A stretch of 39,901 nt of DNA from a virus (Duplodnaviria > Caudoviricetes): positions 1-39,901 of the IMG/VR virus record IMGVR_UViG_3300005573_000023; one strand, 5' to 3'. Under the pieces are notes generated by a model. The model made no database searches and was not told the origin of the DNA. It saw nothing but the letters and a program-made list of their open reading frames with translations. A program made the translations under genes and the position numbers. Below are positions 8,790-17,627 of this stretch, in pieces. The first letter of the stretch is position 1; each line of letters starts with the position of its first letter.

Positions 8790-9626
8790 ATGAACCTGGA
8801 AACCCGCCTCCGGGAGGCGGGGTATATCCCCCGCCGACCGGAGCTATTAGCGCTCCTGGGGGTCCTGTCCCGGACCAACGGATCGGTCCGGGCCCTCCTA
8901 TTGGAAGGTCCCCCGGGTGCGGGTAAAACAGCCCTCGCCGAAGCGACGGCGAGGGTCCTCGGAGGAGGGTATATCTATGCCCTCCTACACTCTTGGTCAG
9001 ATGACCAAGAGTTGTTCGTCGGAGTTGACGTCGCCGCTGCGGTGGCGGGCGACGCCGACCACGTCCGTCAGCCGGGCATCCTCGCCCGGGCGGCGGAATT
9101 GTCTCTGTCCGCCTCGCCGGGCAGACCGGTAGTGGTCTGTCTGGACGAGGTGGATAAGGTCCAGGAGCGGACCGAATATCTGCTCCTGGATTTTTTACAG
9201 ACCGGGAGGGTCCCGGTCCGGCCTGGTGTCCAGCTCCAGGCCATAACACAAAATCTGCTGGTCTTCATGACCAGTAATGCCACCCGATCCTTCTCCGGCG
9301 CTCTGTTGCGTCGGGTCCGGAGGGTGTGGGTGGCCCCTCTACCAGTTGACCTGGTAGAGGATATCTTGTCTCAGAAGACCAGTCTCCCTCACGGCCTGGT
9401 GAGGGTCACCAGGAAGGTGGCCTATGCCGTGGCAAAGGAGGGAGGCCGTCAGGTCTCTCTCCAGGAGCTGGAGCATCTGCTCCTGGAGCTCTCGTCCGTG
9501 GCAGAGAGCATTGAAGACGTCCGCTACATCGTTAGTGGTTGGACGTCAGATGGAAGAACTCTGCCTGCACGGGACCTGTGTGCCCCTGTGTGGGCAGAGT
9601 TGATAAAGTCCAGGAGGGCCAAATAA
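8790..9626 (+). CDS. MoxR-family (CoxD-like) AAA+ ATPase
   Basis: LLLEGPPGAGKT Walker A, VCLDEVDK Walker B, TSN sensor I, ALLRR arginine finger. Confidence 0.9.
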   Translation: MNLETRLREAGYIPRRPELLALLGVLSRTNGSVRALLLEGPPGAGKTALAEATARVLGGGYIYALLHSWSDDQELFVGVDVAAAVAGDADHVRQPGILARAAELSLSASPGRPVVVCLDEVDKVQERTEYLLLDFLQTGRVPVRPGVQLQAITQNLLVFMTSNATRSFSGALLRRVRRVWVAPLPVDLVEDILSQKTSLPHGLVRVTRKVAYAVAKEGGRQVSLQELEHLLLELSSVAESIEDVRYIVSGWTSDGRTLPARDLCAPVWAELIKSRRAK

Positions 9627-11068
9627 TGCCCTACTGGGCTAAATATTGGACCCTCAGGGACCTCCGGCGCTATGCCGGCAGGCATGGGGTCCAGAAGGCC
9701 GTCCAGAAGGCCAGGGCCTTGACTCAGAAGGATTCTAAGATCCTTCTGGCGGCCGGCTGGGTCCCCGCATATGAGAATGGTGGAGAATACACCATTCATA
9801 AGGGGCCCATAAAGCCCTATATGGACATCCTAAAATGGTGGGGTCTCATCCCACCAGACCTGGCGGCCATTGACCGGGCCATCACTCTGCTTGGCCCGGA
9901 TTATGAGTTCCGGTCGCTACTGACGTGTCCGTGGCGGCCCGACAGGGAAGAGCAGAAGGAAGACAAGAAGGAGGAGGTGATCGAGCCCTCCTCTGGTGGA
10001 ACTCCACAAGAGGAGTCCACAGAGGAGGGAAACAAAGAAGGGGATGACGGTCAGCCCCGTTGCGGGGAAGATGCCGGAGAAGGCTCGAAAGAGGCCTCCG
10101 GGTCTGGCCCCACACTCGGAGAAATCCAGCGGGAGGGTGCGCCCGACGGGGGTGGCCGAATGGAGTCGAGCCCTAATGAGAAGGGTGAGATGACCGAGGG
10201 GAATAGCACGCCCCGGGCGGACACCATAGGTGCCGTCTCCGACACTACCCAGTGCGATGCTGGGTCTGCGGCTGGGGAGATGGACGCCAATGGTGAATCC
10301 CCTAACTTGGCCGAGAAATTTGGGGGCGGGGAGGCCGCATCAACCGCTCCTACCGGATACGCCTTTGGTGGCGTGTTCGCTAAAATTAAAGATGAGAAAA
10401 GCCGCTTGAAGACCCGTGCGTCTGCTGAGGTTGCACGAGCATTGAAGCGGCTTTTTTCTTTGTGGCTCGGCGGCCTGGAGGAATCCCCTCGCATCGACGG
10501 ACGCCGCTTGGTGAGGGAGCTCATCTCTAAACGTTACCAGATTAGCCGGGCCAAACGCCGGGAACTGGAGACCGGCACCATCTTGCTGATGGCCGATGTC
10601 TCTGGATCATGCTCTGCGGCCGCCCCCCAGACGATTGCCGCCTGTCAACAGGTAGCCCTGGAGTTGGATAGAGTTATTTTGATCGTCCACTCTAATGGGT
10701 GCCCTGTTGAGGTCATGACCAGAGACGGCATCTTCGGCATTAACATAGATATAACCAGGTGGAAGAGGGCAGAGGTATTGAACTGGTGGCGACGTGAGAT
10801 GTTCCAAAAATATCATCTCGTCGGTGCCATCAACTTCGGAGACTGGGACGCAGGAGACGTCTTAGAGCTAATCTCCGCTCAGTGCCCTCTGGTATGGTTG
10901 GACAGCTATGCGGCCATAGCTGGCCCAAAACCTGTCCATCGGCATAGCGCCCTCAGAGACCAGATGACCTGGGCTACCCCACCTATCGTCTGGTGGCAGG
11001 GGGTCATTGATATTGGCTCTGCAGCTATAGCCCTTAGAGCTGCAGTAAGGGCTATAACCAAAAAATGA
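9626..11068 (+). CDS. vWA-domain partner protein (CoxE/CobT-like architecture, long acidic linker)
   Basis: TAATG coupling to the ATPase; E/G/S-rich central region; MIDAS DVSGS after a hydrophobic strand; later FGDWD. Confidence 0.8.
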   Translation: MPYWAKYWTLRDLRRYAGRHGVQKAVQKARALTQKDSKILLAAGWVPAYENGGEYTIHKGPIKPYMDILKWWGLIPPDLAAIDRAITLLGPDYEFRSLLTCPWRPDREEQKEDKKEEVIEPSSGGTPQEESTEEGNKEGDDGQPRCGEDAGEGSKEASGSGPTLGEIQREGAPDGGGRMESSPNEKGEMTEGNSTPRADTIGAVSDTTQCDAGSAAGEMDANGESPNLAEKFGGGEAASTAPTGYAFGGVFAKIKDEKSRLKTRASAEVARALKRLFSLWLGGLEESPRIDGRRLVRELISKRYQISRAKRRELETGTILLMADVSGSCSAAAPQTIAACQQVALELDRVILIVHSNGCPVEVMTRDGIFGINIDITRWKRAEVLNWWRREMFQKYHLVGAINFGDWDAGDVLELISAQCPLVWLDSYAAIAGPKPVHRHSALRDQMTWATPPIVWWQGVIDIGSAAIALRAAVRAITKK

Positions 11069-11084
11069 AAGGGGGTGAAACGAC

Positions 11085-11297
11085 ATGAAACTCGCTTGCG
11101 GCAAAGATCCAGTGGCTGAGGGAATTGAGCGTCAGCCAGGGGTATGGGACATGCGTGTCTTTGACCGGCACGTAGAGTCATGTCCAGAGTGCACGGCGCT
11201 GGTCCGTAAGATCCGCCGGCGCTTGGAGGACGCCCTACGTAAGGGCGCTCCATCTACAATCATTGTAACAGCCAAAGACCTGGGCATCAAGGCTTAG
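11085..11297 (+). CDS. Small zinc-finger protein with ZAS (zf-HC2, anti-sigma-type) motif
   Basis: C5-x23-H29-x3-C33-x2-C36; GGGGGTG SD. Confidence 0.7.
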   Translation: MKLACGKDPVAEGIERQPGVWDMRVFDRHVESCPECTALVRKIRRRLEDALRKGAPSTIIVTAKDLGIKA

Positions 11298-11338
11298 GCC
11301 AACGGACGGGCCCGGGGACAACACGGGCCAAACCAAGG

Positions 11339-11373
11339 GCCGACTATCCCAATGAGGGATGGTCGGCTTTTTT
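11339..11373 (+). terminator. Rho-independent terminator closing the accessory operon
   Basis: GCCGACTATCCC-AATGA-GGGATGGTCGGC-TTTTTT. Confidence 0.9.
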
Positions 11374-11514
11374 ATTTCGACCGGTTTTGGCCAGAGAAAA
11401 GAGAGCTTTTTGCCGGCACAGGGGCGGCCTTTTTCACTGATTTTTGAACCTAAATTATGCGGTTTTTCCAATAAAGCTTACAACGGAAAATTTTTTGGGA
11501 ATTGGAGGGACAAC

Positions 11515-11712
11515 ATGAAAGAAGCAAGCAAAAACATGTTCCTACGCAACATTCCCCAGTCTGTCCATCGGGCGCTGAAGGCCCGTGCGGCCCTGGAGGG
11601 CAAGTCTATGCAGGGACTGATCCTGGACCTGATCTGGGAATACATCAACAGCCCACTTCCGGGCGTGGGAAAGAAAAAATTAGACACTAAGCATGGCGAT
11701 AACAAACAATAA
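11515..11712 (+). CDS. Arc/FitA-like ribbon-helix-helix DNA-binding protein
   Basis: MFLRNIPQSVHRALKARAALEGKSMQGLI; GGAGG SD before ATG 11515. Confidence 0.85.
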   Translation: MKEASKNMFLRNIPQSVHRALKARAALEGKSMQGLILDLIWEYINSPLPGVGKKKLDTKHGDNKQ

Positions 11713-11758
11713 AGTAGCGCCTTAAGTTTGCCTTACAAGTTCTTGATTGTAGGGTATT

Positions 11759-11998
11759 TTATTGTTCCACATAGAACACCCTCTGCATCCAGCGGGTGAA
11801 GTATGGTTCCACAACCTTGACCCGGGGGCCTCGTCGAGTCGGTATCTTGATGAGCGCCCCCTCCTTGAACGCGCTCTTGGCGTAGGTCCTCTGGAGCGTC
11901 CGGATCGACAGCAATGGTCTGTCGTTGTCGTAGTCCCAAAAATACTTCCGCTGGATCGCCCGCCAGCCGACAACCCCGCCGAAGCCATCTATCACCAT
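11759..11998 (-). CDS. Small basic DNA-binding protein (excisionase-like or late activator candidate)
   Basis: GWRAI...SIRTLQR winged-HTH-like pattern; last gene of the early operon; GAGGGGG SD. Confidence 0.55.
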   Translation of the reverse strand: MVIDGFGGVVGWRAIQRKYFWDYDNDRPLLSIRTLQRTYAKSAFKEGALIKIPTRRGPRVKVVEPYFTRWMQRVFYVEQ

Positions 11999-12116
11999 GT
12001 TGTTACCCCCCTCTGTAGATAGCGTTTTTCTGGCATTTCCCGAACGATCTCCAAAAACCCATAGGAAGATACCAGCCAAAAAAGTTTTCTTTTTTATCGT
12101 CAATACAGAAGCGCTT

Positions 12117-12416
12117 CTACGACATAGAACGGCGTTTTATTGACCGAGCTGTGACCAGATTTTTGGGATTGCGCTCCGTCCTCACCCGATTCGGGTTATA
12201 GGGCATGTATGGATAGAGCGGGCATGTGTGATCTTTGCAGTCCTTGTCTGCTGTGAGTCCATCATAAAAACCCAAGCAATCATAGCACTTGGCATAGATT
12301 GCCTGTTTCGGTGTTAGTCTACTTCCGTCATAGTGCATCAACAATTCTCTTTTTCCCCTGGCAGTCTTGCCGTATTTTTCAACTAATTCAACCTGCTCCG
12401 AATGTTCTGTGATCAT
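12117..12416 (-). CDS. Cys-rich phage protein (AIxAKCxDC...CPLYPY family)
   Basis: TPKQAIYAKCYDC...DCKDHTCPLYPY. Confidence 0.75.
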   Translation of the reverse strand: MITEHSEQVELVEKYGKTARGKRELLMHYDGSRLTPKQAIYAKCYDCLGFYDGLTADKDCKDHTCPLYPYMPYNPNRVRTERNPKNLVTARSIKRRSMS

Positions 12417-12841
12417 CGTCGTTCCTCCTCTCCCTGGGTTAACCCGCCCAATATCGCTGCTATCGGTTCCGGTTCATCCTTTGGTTGCGGCGACCCGCCA
12501 CGCATGGATGCTATGAAGGACCTTATCTTTTCTCTCAAGGCGGGGTTCGCTGAAATAGGACGCTCCTCTGGATCGTGTCTCGGGATTGCCCTGTTGGGCA
12601 GGGAGCGGTAGATCGAGATTACTTTCAGCGGAAAATTCCGGGGCCACATCTCTTGAAGCTTCATACGGTCCCAGACTTCATCCCAACGATCCTCTGGTAT
12701 CTGCCTGATGATCTCGTCGATCCACATGATCAGAGTTTCTCGTTCTGGTTCGTGCCGCTCAAAATACCTGCAACATTTTGCTATCAGACCACCGACAGCC
12801 CGTCTTCGTGCTTCGCTTTCGCTTCTTCCTCCTCCAGCCAT
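12413..12841 (-). CDS. Hypothetical protein, possible helicase loader/inhibitor (start uncertain)
   Basis: Directly follows the replication initiator; helical W/P pattern. Confidence 0.5.
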   Translation of the reverse strand: MAGGGRSESEARRRAVGGLIAKCCRYFERHEPERETLIMWIDEIIRQIPEDRWDEVWDRMKLQEMWPRNFPLKVISIYRSLPNRAIPRHDPEERPISANPALREKIRSFIASMRGGSPQPKDEPEPIAAILGGLTQGEEERR

Positions 12842-13689
12842 TCCTCAATCACCCCCTTCTTGCGCTTCTCCCGATAGCCACCCTCTGAGATTTTCTCCCA
12901 CCTTCGCATCGCAAAGTCTATATTTGCTACCCAGCCCCTGTCGTTTCGGCCGAGGAGGAATGGGCAGTCATGTAGAGACTCGAATAGATCACCCCACCAC
13001 TCCAGGGGATGATGTTTTAGGGCGGACCTAATAGCCCGTTCCCGCGCCGGCGATACAGGTAGCCTAACCCTTGGTAGCTCCCTCGGCGCTTTTTCGTTCC
13101 ACAAGTTCACAAGTTTTTTAACCAGAGAGACAGGGGTGGGTCTATCCGACCCGACAGGGTCGGTGGACTCATGGACTATACCTTGTCTTTTTTCTTTTTC
13201 TGTTTCTGTTTCTGTTACTGTTTCTGTTACTGTTTCTGTTTCTGTTTCTGTTACTGTTTCTGGTTTCGAATGGGTTTCGAAAGGGATTCGAAACCGTTTC
13301 GAAAGGGTTTCCAAATGGTTATAAACTGGTAATAATATCTTGGACTTAGGAAGGCCGTAAAATAATATCACTAAATTCTTACATTGGTTGGGATTTCCTG
13401 GTGGGTTATGCTTCAAGAATTTATCGACAACAACCACAGAGGTAGTTTCATCATAGGTTACGAAACCCTTTCGAAACAGTTCCGAAAGGGTTTGCGAAAC
13501 CTTTGCCGTTGACCATTTCAGGTCCTCGGCTATATATCCTTTCTTTAGGACATAGGCCCCCAGGGCGTTTGAGTGAGGGCAGGTCAATATGTATAGGAAT
13601 AGCAGCTTCCCATCTGGAGACAATGAGATAAATTTTTCATCATGCCAAATCTTGACCTCAATATTTTGGTAACGCCCCTTCTTGTTCAT
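12784..13689 (-). CDS. Phage replication initiator / replisome organiser
   Basis: IWHDEKF..LS..GKLLFLYILT.PH N-terminal wHTH, ETVTETETE linker, C-terminal FLLGRNDRGWVANIDF. Confidence 0.85.
   Translation of the reverse strand: MNKKGRYQNIEVKIWHDEKFISLSPDGKLLFLYILTCPHSNALGAYVLKKGYIAEDLKWSTAKVSQTLSELFRKGFVTYDETTSVVVVDKFLKHNPPGNPNQCKNLVILFYGLPKSKILLPVYNHLETLSKRFRIPFETHSKPETVTETETETVTETVTETETEKEKRQGIVHESTDPVGSDRPTPVSLVKKLVNLWNEKAPRELPRVRLPVSPARERAIRSALKHHPLEWWGDLFESLHDCPFLLGRNDRGWVANIDFAMRRWEKISEGGYREKRKKGVIEEWLEEEEAKAKHEDGLSVV
13199..13505. repeat. Iteron cluster / likely replication origin inside the initiator gene
   Basis: TGTTTC/TGTTAC hexamer array ~13200-13260; repeated GGTTTCGAA/TTCGAAAGGG units at 13261-13320 and 13456-13505. 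Confidence 0.7.
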
Positions 13690-13725
13690 ATTAGCCCCCC
13701 CACCCCAACAGATTGTCGAACAATG

Positions 13726-13983
13726 CTATAAGTCTCTCGGCGTAACCTCGGCCCCATTCTCGTCATTCCAAATTACAGATGCTTCGCAACACCTGGACAA
13801 GACGGCCAGGTAAGTGTCACTATACCTATGCCCCCAGGCCTCATATCCGCCTATCCCGACATCGGCAACAAACATCCCATCACGATCGAAGGTCCTCCCA
13901 CATAGCGTACAACGATAGAGATGGCCATCATCGTGCGTTAGTCTAATTGATCCTCCTTCTTGCCTGTATTCTCCCCTCGCCAT
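13726..13983 (-). CDS. Zn-ribbon small protein, paralog A
   Basis: CTLCGRTFDR...DVGIGGYEAWG...SRCCE. Confidence 0.75.
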   Translation of the reverse strand: MARGEYRQEGGSIRLTHDDGHLYRCTLCGRTFDRDGMFVADVGIGGYEAWGHRYSDTYLAVLSRCCEASVIWNDENGAEVTPRDL

Positions 13984-14345
13984 GGTGCTACCCTGACGAC
14001 TATCCTCGGATTCTTCCCGTCATAGATCAGCCTTGACCCATCCCAGGACTCTATCTGTCCGTCGTTCTCCCATAGGATGCCTTCGAAGCAATCTCCTATA
14101 GACTCCAGCGCCCCGGATAGGTCCGGTCGGTTCCCCTTGTAGTAGATGATGGCCCTCACAGCCAACGGCCCAGACAATGGCTTAACGCCGGCCATTATCT
14201 TCCTTACTTCCTTCTCCCACGCCCTATAAGCGGTGGAGGGGAGGGCGACATATTTCGCCGCCGACCCCTTCCCAACTCGGGTAATGATCTTGGAGTTTTT
14301 TTTGGAGTAGACCCTCCCCGGAATGACATAGGTGTGTTCTGTCAT
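13938..14345 (-). CDS. rusA: RusA-like Holliday junction resolvase
   Basis: IPGRVYSKKNS, RPDL, IGDCFEGILWENDGQI motifs. Confidence 0.8.
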   Translation of the reverse strand: MTEHTYVIPGRVYSKKNSKIITRVGKGSAAKYVALPSTAYRAWEKEVRKIMAGVKPLSGPLAVRAIIYYKGNRPDLSGALESIGDCFEGILWENDGQIESWDGSRLIYDGKNPRIVVRVAPWRGENTGKKEDQLD

Positions 14346-14371
14346 CTATAACCCCCACGCACTGCTATCCT

Positions 14372-14602
14372 CTACAGATCATCTAATAGGATGACCCTAC
14401 GGTCATCATCGTTCGTCAATACCATTGTCTCGCAACATAGCGACATGACGGCCAAGCAAATATCTTGCCCCCTGCTCCCCCATGCCTCGTATGACCCGAT
14501 ACCGACATCGCCTACAAATAGACCACGACGGTCAAAGGTCCGGCCGCAACAGCTGCACATATAGGGATAGTCCAGTGCGTCTATGTATGGTTGTTTGCCC
14601 AT
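14372..14602 (-). CDS. Zn-ribbon small protein, paralog B
   Basis: CSCCGRTFDR...DVGIGSYEAWG...SLCCE. Confidence 0.75.
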   Translation of the reverse strand: MGKQPYIDALDYPYMCSCCGRTFDRRGLFVGDVGIGSYEAWGSRGQDICLAVMSLCCETMVLTNDDDRRVILLDDL

Positions 14603-14628
14603 AGATTCCCCTCCTTTTTCGACCATCT

Positions 14629-15288
14629 CTACCTCCTGGCCCCTCCCAAGCTTGACTGGGGGAAAACCTCAACCCCCGGTATTCTTGTCTTCCCTTTATC
14701 TGCCCTGATCACGGCCCCGATCTTGGTCAAATTCGGCATCATGTATTCCCTCGGGATCAGAGATTCATTGACAACCCGAAATGTCCAGGTCGTCCTCTCA
14801 GCCAGACCAGATATTTTTGGGGTTCGTGGCTGGACCGTGACCACCGGGACTTCTATCGGCTCTTCAAGAATGGCCTGGGCCGCCTTTAGGTCTCCTTCCC
14901 TCTCGGCCTGTATGGCCTCGGCCAGACGAATCTCCTCTTCCCTCCGCCGGGCTTCCTCCATGATCCTCCGGGCCTTTTCTTCGGCCTTCCTTTCTTCCTC
15001 CCTCTTCCAGGCGATCATGGCCGGCGCAACCAAGGCCTCGGCCTCTTCCAGCGGTTTCAGAGCCTCCTTCTCTTTTTTAACAAGCGCCTTGTGGGCCTGA
15101 TCCGCCTTTTCCTTGAGTGGACGGAACCAATCCTGTATGGCCTTCCGCTGGTCCTTCAATCTTCTAAGGAACTCGCCAGCAAACTGATAGTCTTCAGCCG
15201 TTTTCACAAGGATTGATCTCGCCTGTTCATACAGAGTCAGGGCTGTTTCCATCGGTTCCTGATTTTCTATTTCGGCCATTAAACTCAT
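14629..15288 (-). CDS. Coiled-coil phage protein of the recombination module
   Basis: Long coiled coil, C-terminal WTFRVVNESLIPREY...IPGVEV. Confidence 0.7.
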   Translation of the reverse strand: MSLMAEIENQEPMETALTLYEQARSILVKTAEDYQFAGEFLRRLKDQRKAIQDWFRPLKEKADQAHKALVKKEKEALKPLEEAEALVAPAMIAWKREEERKAEEKARRIMEEARRREEEIRLAEAIQAEREGDLKAAQAILEEPIEVPVVTVQPRTPKISGLAERTTWTFRVVNESLIPREYMMPNLTKIGAVIRADKGKTRIPGVEVFPQSSLGGARR

Positions 15289-15875
15289 TTTTTATTCCTC
15301 CTTCTCCAGTGTGTGATGGTTAAACATGCCAACGCCACCTTCCTATCCTCCCGGTCCCGATATTCCTTCCATTCATACTTCCCATCCTCGAATAGCCGAA
15401 CAGCAATTCGTCTCCGAGGACCGGGCGATAATAATTCGGACTGTAGTTGGAGTTGGATGGCTACCGACGGTAGGAGTTCTCCACTCTTGATCTCTACGAT
15501 AGCCGGTGTATCCTCCCAAAAGCCGTTCCTGTCTATGATCCCTGCCAGTTGAAGGGGGATAGAATATACGATTTGTTCAATCCCTCCCTCAACCCACCGG
15601 CAATCATGCTCCCGGCAACACCTGTCCCAGGCCTCCAGGTATCCCGCCTGGGGACCATCCAGGTATTCGGCATCCAGGACCCCCAGGTCAAAATATGCGG
15701 TCGCAAGGTGGACGGCAGACCCTCTTTCCCTGGCATACTCGTTGAACCAGGTAGTATCAATCAGGCCAGCGGAAAGGAGGGCCTGTGTAATGGATGGGAT
15801 GGGCCTGCCATCCAATCGAAATAGATGGCGGTCCCGATCGAATTCAAGGTGGTCGTCTATTCGTTCAAAGGCCAT
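15285..15875 (-). CDS. PD-(D/E)xK (Cas4/RecB-like) exonuclease
   Basis: PSITQAL, RGSAVH, AGIIDR, IVEIKSG, IQL motifs. Confidence 0.85.
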   Translation of the reverse strand: MAFERIDDHLEFDRDRHLFRLDGRPIPSITQALLSAGLIDTTWFNEYARERGSAVHLATAYFDLGVLDAEYLDGPQAGYLEAWDRCCREHDCRWVEGGIEQIVYSIPLQLAGIIDRNGFWEDTPAIVEIKSGELLPSVAIQLQLQSELLSPGPRRRIAVRLFEDGKYEWKEYRDREDRKVALACLTITHWRRRNKK

Positions 15876-15881
15876 GGGACA

Positions 15882-16724
15882 TTATTCCCTTATCTCCTCA
15901 ATCACCTTCCGGATGCGCCCCAGGGTTGCCTCGGCCCATTTTTCGGATCTTAATAGGTCGTCCAAATTCGAGACCGAGTGTTCCTCACCCTTTTTATCGA
16001 CGAACCGGGAATAACCCTGGATAAGTTCCGATTCAGTCCCTCCGATCAACCCTACGAGTTCCTTCAGGGCCGATTCCAGTTTTTCCCTCAATGATAATCC
16101 CTCTGGGGTTTTTTCTTCCTGGGAATCGTTGGTTTTGCCGGCCATCTTTGGCTGCGAAATTGGGGGCTTCCCCTTTTCCCTGTATTCGATTCCCCTTATG
16201 TCCTCCCTTTTGATCCCGGCATACTCAAGGAGGTCTTCATAAGTCAGGTTCCTGATTCCCAGGATCCGGGTAATCCCGTTCCCTAAAAGGTTGGTCAGTG
16301 CCGCCATCTTGAGGTCACGGCGGTCCAGGGGCTTTTCCCCCACCTTCTTGCCACCCTCCCAGATATATTTCCGGAAAAACTCATCCCGGCTTGATCGGGA
16401 GCCCTCGGCCTCGATGGACCTCCCGGCCAAAGAAAACCTGCCCCTGTAAGTATATGTGATCGTTCCATCCTCCTCCTGTTCCATGGTTGGTTCATCAATT
16501 TGCCAACTGATATTGAACAGATTGGCGATCTTCTCGGCCCCAGAGGCCATTAGATACGGTCTCCCATTCTGATCAACCCAGTCATTGGCATTGGTGACCT
16601 TCAAGGCCACCCTCTTGATCTTCATCACCGCATCAATCCTCTTTTCTGCCCTTTCGGCGATGGCGATTAAGTGGTCATCGCCGAAGACCTCCCCCGTTAC
16701 CTTTTCGATCTGATACTCTTCCAT
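15882..16724 (-). CDS. Putative single-strand annealing/recombination protein
   Basis: PYLMASGAEKIA, EGSRSS, KMAALTN patterns; adjacent to the exonuclease; AGGAGG SD. Confidence 0.55.
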   Translation of the reverse strand: MEEYQIEKVTGEVFGDDHLIAIAERAEKRIDAVMKIKRVALKVTNANDWVDQNGRPYLMASGAEKIANLFNISWQIDEPTMEQEEDGTITYTYRGRFSLAGRSIEAEGSRSSRDEFFRKYIWEGGKKVGEKPLDRRDLKMAALTNLLGNGITRILGIRNLTYEDLLEYAGIKREDIRGIEYREKGKPPISQPKMAGKTNDSQEEKTPEGLSLREKLESALKELVGLIGGTESELIQGYSRFVDKKGEEHSVSNLDDLLRSEKWAEATLGRIRKVIEEIRE

Positions 16725-16741
16725 GCTTTTCCTCCTTTTTT

Positions 16742-17062
16742 TCATTCACCAAAGTGACCATTCCACCATCCGCAGAAGCCAAGATTAACGAAGCCAAGAA
16801 CCTTCTGCCGTGCAGAGGCCCAACGCTCTTTTCTGGCCTGTTTGGTCTTGGCCTTCTCCTCGGCCAATTTCATCATGCGGATCAAGACGAAGGATGGAAT
16901 GAATCCATCACGCCTGATCTCCGCCCTGGACACGGCCACTGACGGCTGCCGAGGTGGATCAATAACCCGGATGTAATTCCGGAGCCTGAGAACTTCATCG
17001 GCAACAGCCCGGGACTTAGGACTCATGTTTCGTATCGCCACTAATCTCTGGTCCATGTTCAT
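16742..17062 (-). CDS. Hypothetical protein
   Basis: ORF with SD in the tightly packed early operon. Confidence 0.6.
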   Translation of the reverse strand: MNMDQRLVAIRNMSPKSRAVADEVLRLRNYIRVIDPPRQPSVAVSRAEIRRDGFIPSFVLIRMMKLAEEKAKTKQARKERWASARQKVLGFVNLGFCGWWNGHFGE

Positions 17063-17204
17063 TTTCTCCCCCTTTCTTACATTCCAGGTATTCGATTCTG
17101 GCTTGGAGCTCAAAAATTTTCCTTCCGGCCATCAGGGCACAGCAAAAGAACCCCATGATCGCCCCACCAATTAGAAGCAGCAAATAGATGATCAAGAATT
17201 TCAA
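17016..17204 (-). CDS. Small membrane protein
   Basis: N-terminal hydrophobic helix then short coiled coil; overlaps the upstream stop. Confidence 0.6.
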   Translation of the reverse strand: MKFLIIYLLLLIGGAIMGFFCCALMAGRKIFELQARIEYLECKKGGENEHGPEISGDTKHES

Positions 17205-17539
17205 TTTCCCATCCTCCCTCGCTCAATAATCTTCCATCCGCCCCAATCGTGCCTGGATGCATAGTCCAGGCATTGCTCGTAATGCTCGCACCCGCCGTAG
17301 TATGGGTGATAGAGATGACACCCCTCCGGTCTCCCCGTGACAGCCTGTCGAATTAGGCACGATGCGGGCTGTCCAGCCTCCTTCTGCATGTGCCTATTTC
17401 CCGCCTGGCCACCAGCGCCATTTCGCCGCAGCTCTCTATCCATCGGAATGCCCCTCACTGCCCGGTAATAGGCCGTCGTGTAGCTGAGGCCATATACCTT
17501 CATCCCGCCCCATATCTCCGGGTATCGAATCTTCGGCAT
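17201..17539 (-). CDS. Hypothetical regulator (N-terminal HTH-like, C-terminal Cys cluster)
   Basis: GLSYTTAYYRAVRG; C...CEHYEQCLDYA; AAGGAGG SD. Confidence 0.65.
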   Translation of the reverse strand: MPKIRYPEIWGGMKVYGLSYTTAYYRAVRGIPMDRELRRNGAGGQAGNRHMQKEAGQPASCLIRQAVTGRPEGCHLYHPYYGGCEHYEQCLDYASRHDWGGWKIIERGRMGN

Positions 17540-17598
17540 GGTTCCTCCTTATGACCGAGTTAGAGCCCCCGGTCCCGGCATTCGGGGATGGTCAAAGC

Positions 17599-17619
17599 GC
17601 CGACTTCTCCCACCGCCCA
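17599..17619 (-). promoter_or_regulatory. 21-nt element in the early mRNA complementary to the integrase leader
   Basis: Plus strand GCCGACTTCTCCCACCGCCCA vs GCCGACTCCTCCCACCGCCCA at 18774-18794 (20/21), transcribed in opposite directions. Confidence 0.8.
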
Positions 17620-17627
17620 GAAAGGGT

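Noticed and set aside
8790-9626. Sigma54 enhancer-binding protein activating the nearby RpoN promoter
   Set aside because: No GAFTGA loop or C-terminal HTH; motifs fit MoxR/CoxD.
11339-11345. Third copy of the GCCGACT switch element in the terminator
   Set aside because: Only 7 nt shared; expected by chance.
11368-11500. Phased T-tracts (bent DNA / pac site)
   Set aside because: Spacing is irregular; cannot be supported by eye.
13199-13505. CRISPR-like array
   Set aside because: Short degenerate repeats without unique spacers inside a coding region; consistent with iterons and a low-complexity linker.
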